NCBI GenBank assembly: GCA_958449275.1
Contig: CAUDHE010000002.1
Location: 3,588 to 67,587, forward strand
DNA from: an uncultured Alistipes sp.
GTDB taxonomy: Bacteria; Bacteroidota; Bacteroidia; Bacteroidales; Rikenellaceae
DNA: 64,000 bases
Reading direction: 5' to 3'
In this document: positions 29,321 to 37,544 of the stretch, piece by piece
Layout: every line of letters starts with the position of its first letter
How positions within the stretch are numbered: position 1 is the stretch's first letter
Notes under the pieces: model-generated
Told to the model about the DNA's origin: nothing
Seen by the model: the letters and a program-made list of their open reading frames with translations, nothing else
The model's database searches: none
Position numbers and translations under genes: made by a program

Positions 29321-29828
29321 TTTGTGCGATAATTTATTGTCTGCGCGGGGATTGCTTTGCGCGATATCCGCCGCTCGGCACCGACGACCCGCAGGGCCGC
29401 CGTCGATGCGGATGCAAAAATGAACGAATATTTCCGATCCTCAAAAAATATGTGGTCTATCGACCCATCGGGGTATGAACAGACGGCTATGAGTGGCGTA
29501 AACATCGTATTCTGTGGCGAAAATACCCGCAAAATATTCTAAAAAGGAATATATATGTCCGAAATGGCGCAAAAAAAGAGGGACTTCCCGCCTCGCGACG
29601 AATCGGATCAGACGGCGTGCTTACGAAATATAACCTCCATGCCGCGGCCGCATTGCCGCTAAATCGAATCCGACGGCCCTTCGCCTGCGATCTCCGACAG
29701 CATTTGCGGATCCCGCCCCTCCGAGGAGTGGAACTCCGCGGTTGCGATCCGAATATGGAACTTCAGAGCATATAATAGCGCAGAAATAACGATTCGTAAT
29801 CAAAAGAGCGAAAAATTCTATATTTTTG

Positions 29829-29859
29829 TTTGATATCCGATTGGAATTTAATAACTTTG
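29829..29859 (+). promoter_or_regulatory. Promoter (-33 TTTG, -7 TAACTTTG) for kbl
   Basis: TTTG at 29829-29832, 19-nt spacer, TAACTTTG at 29852-29859. The ATG is at 29933. Confidence 0.55.
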
Positions 29860-29932
29860 TTTCAAATTACGGCGTCGAAACACATGCGCGCCGCACCCCG
29901 ATACTCGCAAAACCACAAAAAAACATAACGAT

Positions 29933-31120
29933 ATGTACGGAAAAATCAAAGAACATCTGCAAAAAGAGCTGGCCGACATCAAGGCTGCCGGCCTTTACAA
30001 AACCGAACGCGTAATAGAATCGCCGCAACGCGCCGAGATAGACGTGGCAGGCAAAAAAGTGCTCAACTTCTGCGCCAACAACTATCTGGGTCTGTCGGAT
30101 AACGCGCGCCTCATAGAGGCCGCCAAGAAGGCGATGGACGAGCGCGGATTCGGAATGTCGTCGGTACGTTTCATATGCGGCTGTCAGGATATCCACAAGG
30201 AGCTGGAGAAGGCCATCGCCGACTACTTCGGAACCGAGGATACCATCCTTTACGCCGCCTGCTTCGATGCCAACGGAGGTGTTTTCGAGCCGTTGCTCAC
30301 CGAGCAGGACGCCATCATATCCGACGCTCTCAACCATGCCTCGATCATCGACGGCGTGCGTCTGTGCAAGGCTGTGCGCTACCGCTACGCCAACGCCGAC
30401 ATGGATGAGCTGGAGGATTGCCTCAAGCGAGCTCAGGCGCAGCGTTTCCGCGTCATAGTAACCGACGGCGTGTTCTCGATGGACGGCAACGCCGCTCCTT
30501 TGGACAAGATCTGCGCATTGGCCAAGCAATACGACGCCTTGGTGATGGTAGACGAGTGCCACTCGGCAGGCGTGCTGGGCAAGACGGGCCGCGGCATCAC
30601 CGAACTTTACGATCTGCGCGGCGAGGTGGATATACTGACGGGCACCCTCGGCAAGGCTTTCGGAGGCGCGGTGGGCGGATTCACCACGGGACGCAAGGAG
30701 ATCATCGACATGCTGCGTCAGCGTTCGCGTCCCTATCTCTTCTCCAATTCGCTGCCCCCCGCAGTCGTGGGCGCCGGCATCGAGATGTTCAAGATGTTGG
30801 CCGAGAGCGACGAACTGCACGATCGTCTGGCCGCCAACGTCGAGTACTTCCGTTCGAAGATGATCGCCGCGGGATTCGACATCAAGCCTACCCAGTCGGC
30901 CATCTGCGCCGTGATGCTCTACGACGCCAAGCTGTCGCAGGACTTCGCGGCACGCTTGCAGGACGAGGGCGTATTCGTCACGGGATTCTACTATCCCGTC
31001 GTTCCCAAGGGCCAGGCACGTATTCGCGTGCAGGTTTCGGCAGGCCACACCGCTGAGCAGCTCGACCGCTGCGTGGAGGCTTTCGTTAAAATCGGCAAGG
31101 AGCTTGGAGTATTGAAATAA
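29933..31120 (+). CDS. kbl: Glycine C-acetyltransferase (2-amino-3-ketobutyrate CoA ligase)
   Basis: Collinear with E. coli Kbl: INFCANNYLGL, SVRFICG, ISDALNHASIIDGVRLCKA, GTLGKA (PLP lysine), RPYLFSNSL, YPVVPKGQARIR. Confidence 0.93.
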   Translation: MYGKIKEHLQKELADIKAAGLYKTERVIESPQRAEIDVAGKKVLNFCANNYLGLSDNARLIEAAKKAMDERGFGMSSVRFICGCQDIHKELEKAIADYFGTEDTILYAACFDANGGVFEPLLTEQDAIISDALNHASIIDGVRLCKAVRYRYANADMDELEDCLKRAQAQRFRVIVTDGVFSMDGNAAPLDKICALAKQYDALVMVDECHSAGVLGKTGRGITELYDLRGEVDILTGTLGKAFGGAVGGFTTGRKEIIDMLRQRSRPYLFSNSLPPAVVGAGIEMFKMLAESDELHDRLAANVEYFRSKMIAAGFDIKPTQSAICAVMLYDAKLSQDFAARLQDEGVFVTGFYYPVVPKGQARIRVQVSAGHTAEQLDRCVEAFVKIGKELGVLK

Positions 31121-31132
31121 AATAATTGTACT

Positions 31133-31603
31133 ATGGCAAAAACGACATTGGATTCTACGGATAAAAAGATACTTCGTTTTCTGATAAAGAACGCACGCAC
31201 GCCATTTCTCGAGATAGCCCGCGAATGCGGAATATCGGGTGCGGCCATTCACCAACGCATAAAAAAACTGGAGGATATGGGCGTGATTCAAGGCAGTCGT
31301 CTGGTGGTCGTTCCCAAATCGCTGGGATTCGACGTATGCGCGTTCATCAGCATTCGAGTGTCGGACATTACGCGGCAGGAGGATACCGTGCAACAGCTCA
31401 AAAAGATTCCCGAGATCGTGGAATGCCACTACATAACAGGTTCGTACAACCTGATGGTGAAACTCTATTGCATCGACAACGAACATCTGATGCGCACCAT
31501 TTTCGACCACATCCTGCACGTGCAGGGAGTGTCGAGTACTCAGACATACATCTCGCTCAACGAATCGTTCCAGCGCGAGATTTACGTCGATTGTCTCAAC
31601 TGA
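31133..31603 (+). CDS. Lrp/AsnC-family transcriptional regulator
   Basis: LDSTDKKILRFLIKNARTPFLEIARECGISGAAIHQRIKKLEDMGVI. Starts 12 nt after kbl. Confidence 0.88.
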   Translation: MAKTTLDSTDKKILRFLIKNARTPFLEIARECGISGAAIHQRIKKLEDMGVIQGSRLVVVPKSLGFDVCAFISIRVSDITRQEDTVQQLKKIPEIVECHYITGSYNLMVKLYCIDNEHLMRTIFDHILHVQGVSSTQTYISLNESFQREIYVDCLN

Positions 31604-31619
31604 CCCGACCGAGACGGCA

Positions 31620-31653
31620 AAGCGGGGAGGACATAAGATCTTCCCCGCTTTTC
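31620..31653. terminator. Bidirectional hairpin terminator between convergent genes
   Basis: 11-bp stem (one G-U pair) 31621-31631/31639-31649, flanked by A- and T-runs. Confidence 0.65.
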
Positions 31654-31659
31654 GTATGC

Positions 31660-32301
31660 CTATCTTATCAGTACCACCCGTTCTCGGGGCAGCTGACGCC
31701 CCTCGGGCAGGGTTATCCTCAGCACATGGTCCGTCGCGACTCCCTCATCGCCTTTCATGGCAGGTATCCACTCGGGAGCCTCCGACAACGCTTTGGTGAT
31801 GCGGCGCAGAAGCCGTCGGTCGGTAGCTTCGAGCACATCCTTCACCTTCACCGAACCGTCGGCTGCGACGGTGAACGATATTATGACCCGCGCCACGGGA
31901 TCGGAATCGTCCCACTTCACCCGATCGGCTATGTAACGACTGAATTTCATCGGTTCGCCATCCGCCTCGAAACGTGCGGGAGTGTCGTAACGCAACGTCA
32001 CCAATATCACCCCGTTGGCTGCTCGGTCGCCGTATTCTGCCACGGTGCGCTCGTCGGCAGGCAGCAACTCGTTGGACACTATGTCGGCGGGATCTATCTC
32101 CTTGACATCCTCTTCGCTCATGCGCACTCCGTTCACGATGTATATGGGTGTGCGATCGGCACGCGGGTTCTGAGCGACAGCCCCGTACGGGGCCGCCGAC
32201 CATGCCGCCGACACGAGCGTCGCGACGGCGAACGAACGGAGCCTCCGCAGAGGTATGCGGAGAGAGGCAATGCGAACGAATGTTTCGAAAACGATTCTCA
32301 T
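31660..32301 (-). CDS. Secreted protein with an N-terminal TonB-receptor plug-like motif and a TonB_C-like C-terminal domain
   Basis: PIYIVNGV...YGDRAANGVILVTL resembles the plug motif of the SusC in this window. The C-terminus ARVIISFTVAADGSVKVKDV...WIPAMKGDEGV is TonB_C-like. Confidence 0.65.
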   Translation of the reverse strand: MRIVFETFVRIASLRIPLRRLRSFAVATLVSAAWSAAPYGAVAQNPRADRTPIYIVNGVRMSEEDVKEIDPADIVSNELLPADERTVAEYGDRAANGVILVTLRYDTPARFEADGEPMKFSRYIADRVKWDDSDPVARVIISFTVAADGSVKVKDVLEATDRRLLRRITKALSEAPEWIPAMKGDEGVATDHVLRITLPEGRQLPRERVVLIR

Positions 32302-32304
32302 GGT

Positions 32305-33081
32305 TTACAGTTTAAAGTTATAATCCACGCCGAACACATGGTTGCACCGCTTCACGAGCGACCACTCCTTCATGGCGCCGCTACCCGCTTTGTAGCGGGC
32401 GCGATACTCGCGGTTGAAATGCACCATATAATAAAAATCCAATCTGTTGCGTCTGTCGATCTTGTACTCCGTGCCGAATGCCAACCGCACGCGATTGATG
32501 TAGTTGTCGTGCGAAAATGCGTCGGTTTTGAAGTTGCCGACAGGGGCGGGGGCATTCAGTGTAACGTATAGTTCGGCATAAACGTAGGGTTCCCAGTGCG
32601 AACGACGTATGTCGTAGGCGACTTTAAATCGCGAACGCAGCGTGACCAGCGGATCGGGCTTCTCGTATCGGTTCACCGAGTCGCTGCGGAATCGCATGCG
32701 CACCCTTTCGCGCAGCGACAGTTTCACGCGCCCCGCGCGATAAAGCCCCGTCACGTCGAAATTGACGCGATGGCGAATATCCCAGCCGTCGATCGGATCG
32801 CGGTCGTTCACCAGGCAGTATTCGGCCCCCAGCTTTAGGAACGGGATGGGTTTGTAGTTCACGCCGAGGCTCGAAACCACCTTCTCCACCGATCCGAAAT
32901 TGTCGCAGAGACGCAATTGCTCGCTCCATCCGATGCTTACGCTCCGTCCTATCGGAACGGTCAGTCCCGCACGGAAACGCCCCTGCACGTCGCTTGCCGA
33001 ACTCTCGGACAACGGCAAACTCTGGGCCGCGGCGGCAACGGCTGCCGCCGAAGCGATCAAAAGTGTGAGGATTTTCTTCAT
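32305..33081 (-). CDS. DUF2490-type outer-membrane beta-barrel protein
   Basis: Signal peptide MKKILTLLIASAAAVAAAAQ, alternating strands, C-terminal ...VDYNFKL. ATG at 33081 preferred over 33102. Confidence 0.7.
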   Translation of the reverse strand: MKKILTLLIASAAAVAAAAQSLPLSESSASDVQGRFRAGLTVPIGRSVSIGWSEQLRLCDNFGSVEKVVSSLGVNYKPIPFLKLGAEYCLVNDRDPIDGWDIRHRVNFDVTGLYRAGRVKLSLRERVRMRFRSDSVNRYEKPDPLVTLRSRFKVAYDIRRSHWEPYVYAELYVTLNAPAPVGNFKTDAFSHDNYINRVRLAFGTEYKIDRRNRLDFYYMVHFNREYRARYKAGSGAMKEWSLVKRCNHVFGVDYNFKL

Positions 33082-33110
33082 ATGTGGTTTGTTTATTATC
33101 ATTTGTTAAC

Positions 33111-33137
33111 GATGCGACCGATGCGACCGATGCGACC
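33111..33137. repeat. Tandem 9-bp repeat (gatgcgacc) x3 plus a degenerate fourth unit
   Basis: Read directly. Lies in the 85-nt spacer between the DUF4956 and DUF2490 genes. Confidence 0.95.
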
Positions 33138-33166
33138 GACTGCCGACCATGTGCCGGCACGAATCT

Positions 33167-33889
33167 CTACTCCACGAATCGGTCGGCCTTGGTCAGCATG
33201 CCGATACTGTCGCTCTCGCCCTCGTGCAATTTGTAATAGACCTTCACGAAAGCCACGTCGCGCAAGAAATCCACGTGTCCCACCTCCACCTTGTCGATCT
33301 TCAGTCCGAGACGCTGCTCCAGATCGGCCGTCAATTCGTCGCGACGTTCGGGCACGATCAGCTCGATGCGCTCGTAAAGCACCAGTTTGGCCGATGTGTG
33401 ACGCAGCAACAGACGTCTCTCCATAATCCACAGCAGTCCGAGAATCATCGCGTCGGCCGCCACGAGTTCGGCATACGAAATATTCAGGGCCAGACCGTTT
33501 ATCACCGCCGTCGAAATGATGATGAACAGATATGTCATTTCGCGTATGGGCACCGTTTCGGTTCGGTAGCGTATCACGCCGAATATGGCGAACAGTCCCA
33601 GCGTGAGGCCTATCTGCAACTTCACGTTCTCCATCAGGAATATGAGCAAAAACATGGCCGAGCTGAACAGCATGAACGTCAGCACATAATCGCGGCGACC
33701 GCTCTTGCGGTAGTAGCAGAAACGCACTATGAGCCACGATACCAGCAGGTTGAAAGCGAAGCGCATCAGCAGGTGGATGAGATTCTGCGTGTCGCACAAC
33801 GGTACCCCGAGAAAACTTATCTGCGAGGTGATGTCGTAGCCGAACTCTTCGGCTATCGAGGGGTCGAAATCCTGAAAATCCTGAATCAT
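33167..33889 (-). CDS. DUF4956 polytopic membrane protein
   Basis: LIHLLMRFAFNLLVSWLIVRFCYYRKSGRRDYVLTFMLFS...GLFAIFGVIRYRTE pattern. The start overlaps the VTC stop. Confidence 0.75.
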   Translation of the reverse strand: MIQDFQDFDPSIAEEFGYDITSQISFLGVPLCDTQNLIHLLMRFAFNLLVSWLIVRFCYYRKSGRRDYVLTFMLFSSAMFLLIFLMENVKLQIGLTLGLFAIFGVIRYRTETVPIREMTYLFIIISTAVINGLALNISYAELVAADAMILGLLWIMERRLLLRHTSAKLVLYERIELIVPERRDELTADLEQRLGLKIDKVEVGHVDFLRDVAFVKVYYKLHEGESDSIGMLTKADRFVE

Positions 33890-34758
33890 GCGTTATTCGT
33901 TTTACCGTTTATCGTTTTTATTATGCGTCGTATCTTTGCCTTGAAACGATTGCTCTTCACCCGAGGATTCGACAATGCCGTGCCGATGCAATATTTGCTG
34001 ACCTTCAGGGGGCGTATGCGCAACCTCCCGAGAATCCGTTTCATGGGCGACGGGGCCATGCCGTTCTGCTTCAGTTCCACGATGACCATCCCGCCCACGG
34101 AGACGGTCGCTCCGCAGTCGCCCGCGGCGACCGACAACGCACCGTCGGCAATGCCCGACGTGCAACGGTTTCTCGCGCCGTCAGCTCCGCCGCGGGCACG
34201 CACGTCGGTAAACGTCAGATTCCAGTCTATGGTAAGCCGTTCGGTACGCGCGTGATTCACCAGCGTTATCCGCTCGAAATTGGTCGCGAGGGCAGGCGTT
34301 ATCAATTCGGGAGGGTAGTTCGCTTTCGCCCGCAGAAACTCGGCCGCATCGGCATTGCGAGTCACCGCGGCGACGTCGGCGAAATCGATACGCATGCGGC
34401 GTTTTTTCGTCCGCCCCTTATTGGTCTTGTTCTTCACCTCTACGAAACTCACTCCCGACTCGACATAGGTGCGAGTGCGTATCTTCTGCCGCGCGAGCTT
34501 GCGATCGTGGTGCGACATATACATCCGTCTGTCGTCCGTATCGTAGTAGAGGGTCTCGTAACGGCATGCACGGCATTCGCCTATCGTCTGCACCGAATAG
34601 TCGTCCGCAGCCATGCGCAACATCTCCAGACACTGCTCCTCGCTGAGCACATACTTCGTGTCGACGCGATTCATCAGCTTTACGGCCGACATCTCGTCGA
34701 GACTCAGGGTCGGCATGTGCCGCCACAGCGTCAGGGTGTTAAGTTGTTCGAAGGTCAT
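33886..34758 (-). CDS. VTC-domain (polyphosphate-polymerase-like, triphosphate-tunnel fold) protein
   Basis: VKLMNRVDTKYVL, YETLYYDTDD, RQKIRTRTYVESGVSFVEVKNK, ERLTIDWNLTF, VIVELKQ, KVSKYCIG. Confidence 0.75.
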   Translation of the reverse strand: MTFEQLNTLTLWRHMPTLSLDEMSAVKLMNRVDTKYVLSEEQCLEMLRMAADDYSVQTIGECRACRYETLYYDTDDRRMYMSHHDRKLARQKIRTRTYVESGVSFVEVKNKTNKGRTKKRRMRIDFADVAAVTRNADAAEFLRAKANYPPELITPALATNFERITLVNHARTERLTIDWNLTFTDVRARGGADGARNRCTSGIADGALSVAAGDCGATVSVGGMVIVELKQNGMAPSPMKRILGRLRIRPLKVSKYCIGTALSNPRVKSNRFKAKIRRIIKTINGKTNNA

Positions 34759-34812
34759 GACGGAAAATTTCGAATAGGACGCCGACGGACGAACGTCGCC
34801 ATTACGATCGGA

Positions 34813-35235
34813 TCAATCCTCGAATACGTATTCGAAGACCTTCACCGTATAGAGTTTGCCGTTGGGCAGATAATTATATTGCTTGCGCTTGGTGCCGTCG
34901 TCGTTGTATTCGTACTTGCGTATGCGCATCGGTTTGTTACGCTCGTCGTACACCACCTCGCGCACTACCATATCAGTTTCGGGATCGTATTCGCACGTGA
35001 CGCGCTTCGTTTGTCCGAACTGGTTGTATTCGATCTCCTCGATTTTTCGACCCTGCGAGTCGTAAACGGTCACATGGTCGAGCCAACGGCTTTTCTTGGC
35101 AGAATCGGTATTCCACTCCTTAACGGTTAGATTCTTGCGTTTGGCGCGCTTCGCCAGCGTCTCGGGACTCAACGCCTGCGCGGCAAGTCCCTGCGCGAAA
35201 AGAATCGCCGCAGCGATCGTAAGAAGTCGTTTCAT
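34813..35235 (-). CDS. Small secreted protein with YD-like beta-hairpin repeats
   Basis: Signal peptide MKRLLTIAAAILFAQGLAAQA. Repeats VYDSQGRKIEEIEYN / EYDPETDMVVREVVYD / YEYNDDGTKRKQYNY. Confidence 0.6.
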   Translation of the reverse strand: MKRLLTIAAAILFAQGLAAQALSPETLAKRAKRKNLTVKEWNTDSAKKSRWLDHVTVYDSQGRKIEEIEYNQFGQTKRVTCEYDPETDMVVREVVYDERNKPMRIRKYEYNDDGTKRKQYNYLPNGKLYTVKVFEYVFED

Positions 35236-35307
35236 AACGGTTCGGATTAGTGTGGAATGTGTTTTTCTTCGCACCGTCGTCGGCCTGCGATCGACGGTAA
35301 CCGCATA

Positions 35308-35315
35308 CAAATTTA
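35308..35315 (-). promoter_or_regulatory. -7 box (TAAATTTG) upstream of the YD-like/VTC gene string
   Basis: Plus-strand CAAATTTA, 73 nt upstream of the ATG at 35235. Confidence 0.4.
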
Positions 35316-35425
35316 ATATTATTTCCCGAAAAACATCATAATCGCGAATATTTTACGCCTTGCGGCGAATCATATCCCCGTCATTGTTCGCCGTAATGAA
35401 AACGTATGTTGAAAAGCAAACGGAA

Positions 35426-36427
35426 TCAGAACAGATATTTATCGCTCTTTATGCGGTCGAAGAGCATGCGTACGTCGCGCCAAACCTCGCTGCCGAGCGT
35501 GGTGCCCACGATCTCGATGACTTTGCCCGCCGCGACGGCTCCCAGTGTGCCGCACTGACGCAGCGACAGGTCGTCGCACAGTCCCGCGAGGAATCCGGCA
35601 GCATAGAAGTCGCCCGCGCCCGTGGTGTCGACGCGCTTGGCGGCAGCCATGATGCCGACGTGCACCACCTCGCTCGCGCGTTTTATCAATGCGCCCTTCA
35701 TGCCGATCTTCACGACCGCCAGATCGCATATTTCCGATATGGCCTGCAAAGCGTTGATAGGCTCGCGCTCGCCCGTGAATGCCACGGCTTCGTCCTCGTT
35801 GGCGAACACCATGTCGACGTGGCGCGCGATGAGATCGTGCAGGAAATCGCGGTTTTCGGCCACCACGTTGAAGCTTGCCATGTCGATGGCCACTTGCAAA
35901 CCCGCAGCCTTGGCTTCGGACGCCGCCTTGCGTATGAGTTCGCGGTTCTGCACCAGATAGCCCTCGATGTAGAGACAGTCGTAGCCGTTCAGAAGCTCGC
36001 GGTCGACTTGGTCGGGAGTCATCTCCAACGCAGCTCCGAGGTGGGTGAGCATGGTGCGTTCGCCGTCGGGCGAGACCAGCGATATGCACTTGCCCGAACG
36101 TCCCTCGCCGCGGAATATGTGCGGCTCGATATTCAGATTGCGCAGCGCCTGCTCGAAAAAGTCGCCCGTGGTGTCGCGTCCGACCTCGCCGATGAATCCC
36201 GTTTCGCATCCCATCGACGCCAGCGCGCGGATGGTGTTGTCGGCCGATCCGCCCAGCGAGAGCGAATAAGGCTGCCCCGCCACGGCTTTCGACACTTCGG
36301 TTTGCAGATCGGCATCCACCAGATTCATCGAACCTTTGGCCAGTCCGTATTCGGTCAACACGCTGTCGTCCGACAGGTTGACCAGCATGTCGGTAAGGGC
36401 ATTTCCCATGCCCGCGATTTTCTTCAT
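35426..36427 (-). CDS. PfkB-family carbohydrate/nucleoside kinase (adenosine-kinase-like)
   Basis: GGSADNT and DTTGAGDFYAAGFLAGL signature motifs. Confidence 0.85.
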   Translation of the reverse strand: MKKIAGMGNALTDMLVNLSDDSVLTEYGLAKGSMNLVDADLQTEVSKAVAGQPYSLSLGGSADNTIRALASMGCETGFIGEVGRDTTGDFFEQALRNLNIEPHIFRGEGRSGKCISLVSPDGERTMLTHLGAALEMTPDQVDRELLNGYDCLYIEGYLVQNRELIRKAASEAKAAGLQVAIDMASFNVVAENRDFLHDLIARHVDMVFANEDEAVAFTGEREPINALQAISEICDLAVVKIGMKGALIKRASEVVHVGIMAAAKRVDTTGAGDFYAAGFLAGLCDDLSLRQCGTLGAVAAGKVIEIVGTTLGSEVWRDVRMLFDRIKSDKYLF

Positions 36428-36456
36428 CGGAAACAGTAGGGTTAGGCCTGCAAAGG

Positions 36457-37434
36457 CTATATTGACAATATCTTCACTATGTCGAGATCCTTCAGATCGA
36501 GTTGCGACGTATGCGCCACGGCCTTCTTGAACGGTACGTAGACCAGTTCGCCGTTCTTTATGCCGATCATGACGTTACGCTGGCCCTCGGTCAGAGCCTC
36601 TATGGCCGTGGCTCCCATCTTCGATGCGAGAATACGATCCTTCGCCGTGGGCGAACCGCCGCGCTGAAGGTGTCCGAGAATGGTCACGCGGGCGTCGAAC
36701 TCGGGAAACTCCTTTTTGATGCGCTCGGCCAGTCCGAGCGCACCGCCCGTCGAAGGATTCTCAGCGACGAGGACGATCGCCGAATTTTTGCTCTTGCGGA
36801 ACCCGTTGTGAATCAGATCGGCCAACTGGTCGACCTCGGTTTCGCGCTCGGGGATGATGGCGGCCTCGGCGCCCGATGCGATAGCGCCGTTAAGAGCCAG
36901 ATAACCCGCCGTGTGCCCCATCACCTCGACGAAAAAGAGGCGTTCGTGGCTGGTCGCCGTGTCGCGCAACTTATCGACGGCTTCGATTATGGTGTTGAGT
37001 GCGGTATCGTAACCTATGGTCTCGTCGGTGCCGTCCAGATCGTTATCGATGGTTCCGGGCAACCCCACGATGGGGACGTCGAATTCGTCGGCGAAAGTCT
37101 GCGCTCCCGTCAGCGATCCGTCGCCGCCGATGACCACCAGCGCGTCGATACCTGCGGCCTTCATGTTCTCGTAGGCCTGGCGACGGCCCTCCTCGGTGCG
37201 GAACTCCTTGCTGCGCGCCGTTTTGAGAATAGTGCCGCCCTGCTGTATGATGTTGCTGACGCTCTGCGATTTGAACTCCACTATCTCGTTGGTCACCAGA
37301 CCGTGGTAACCGCGCATGATACCCTTGACCTTGTAGCCGTTGTAGATGGCGGTTCGCGTCACCGCGCGGATGGCCGCATTCATACCCGGAGCGTCGCCGC
37401 CCGAGGTGAGAACTCCGATACATTTAATTGCCAT
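36457..37434 (-). CDS. pfkA: ATP-dependent 6-phosphofructokinase
   Basis: [44 protein letters not shown]. Confidence 0.95.
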   Translation of the reverse strand: MAIKCIGVLTSGGDAPGMNAAIRAVTRTAIYNGYKVKGIMRGYHGLVTNEIVEFKSQSVSNIIQQGGTILKTARSKEFRTEEGRRQAYENMKAAGIDALVVIGGDGSLTGAQTFADEFDVPIVGLPGTIDNDLDGTDETIGYDTALNTIIEAVDKLRDTATSHERLFFVEVMGHTAGYLALNGAIASGAEAAIIPERETEVDQLADLIHNGFRKSKNSAIVLVAENPSTGGALGLAERIKKEFPEFDARVTILGHLQRGGSPTAKDRILASKMGATAIEALTEGQRNVMIGIKNGELVYVPFKKAVAHTSQLDLKDLDIVKILSI

Positions 37435-37460
37435 AATCGAAAATGCTTAATGATTCCTTA

Positions 37461-37468
37461 CAAAGGTA
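37461..37468 (-). promoter_or_regulatory. -7 box (TACCTTTG) for pfkA
   Basis: Plus-strand CAAAGGTA, 27 nt upstream of the pfkA ATG. Confidence 0.5.
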
Positions 37469-37488
37469 AGTATTTTTCGAAATACGGC

Positions 37489-37523
37489 AAAAAAAGCGGC
37501 GCCCCGCAATGGAACGCCGCCTC
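37489..37523 (-). terminator. Terminator after susD-like gene
   Basis: Minus strand reads gcggcg-(13-nt loop)-cgccgc, followed by T7. Confidence 0.5.
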
Positions 37524-37544
37524 AGCCGTCGGGCCGAGAGAGTA

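Noticed and set aside
29560-29932. Possible glycine riboswitch upstream of kbl
   Set aside because: There is no GGAGAG...ACCGAAGGGGCAA-type core on the plus strand. The only similar string (CTCGGAGGGGC) is on the opposite strand and lacks the rest of the fold.
33111-33137. Tandem 9-bp repeats considered as a CRISPR or other array
   Set aside because: There are only three contiguous 9-bp units with no spacers and no cas genes. Kept as a simple tandem repeat.
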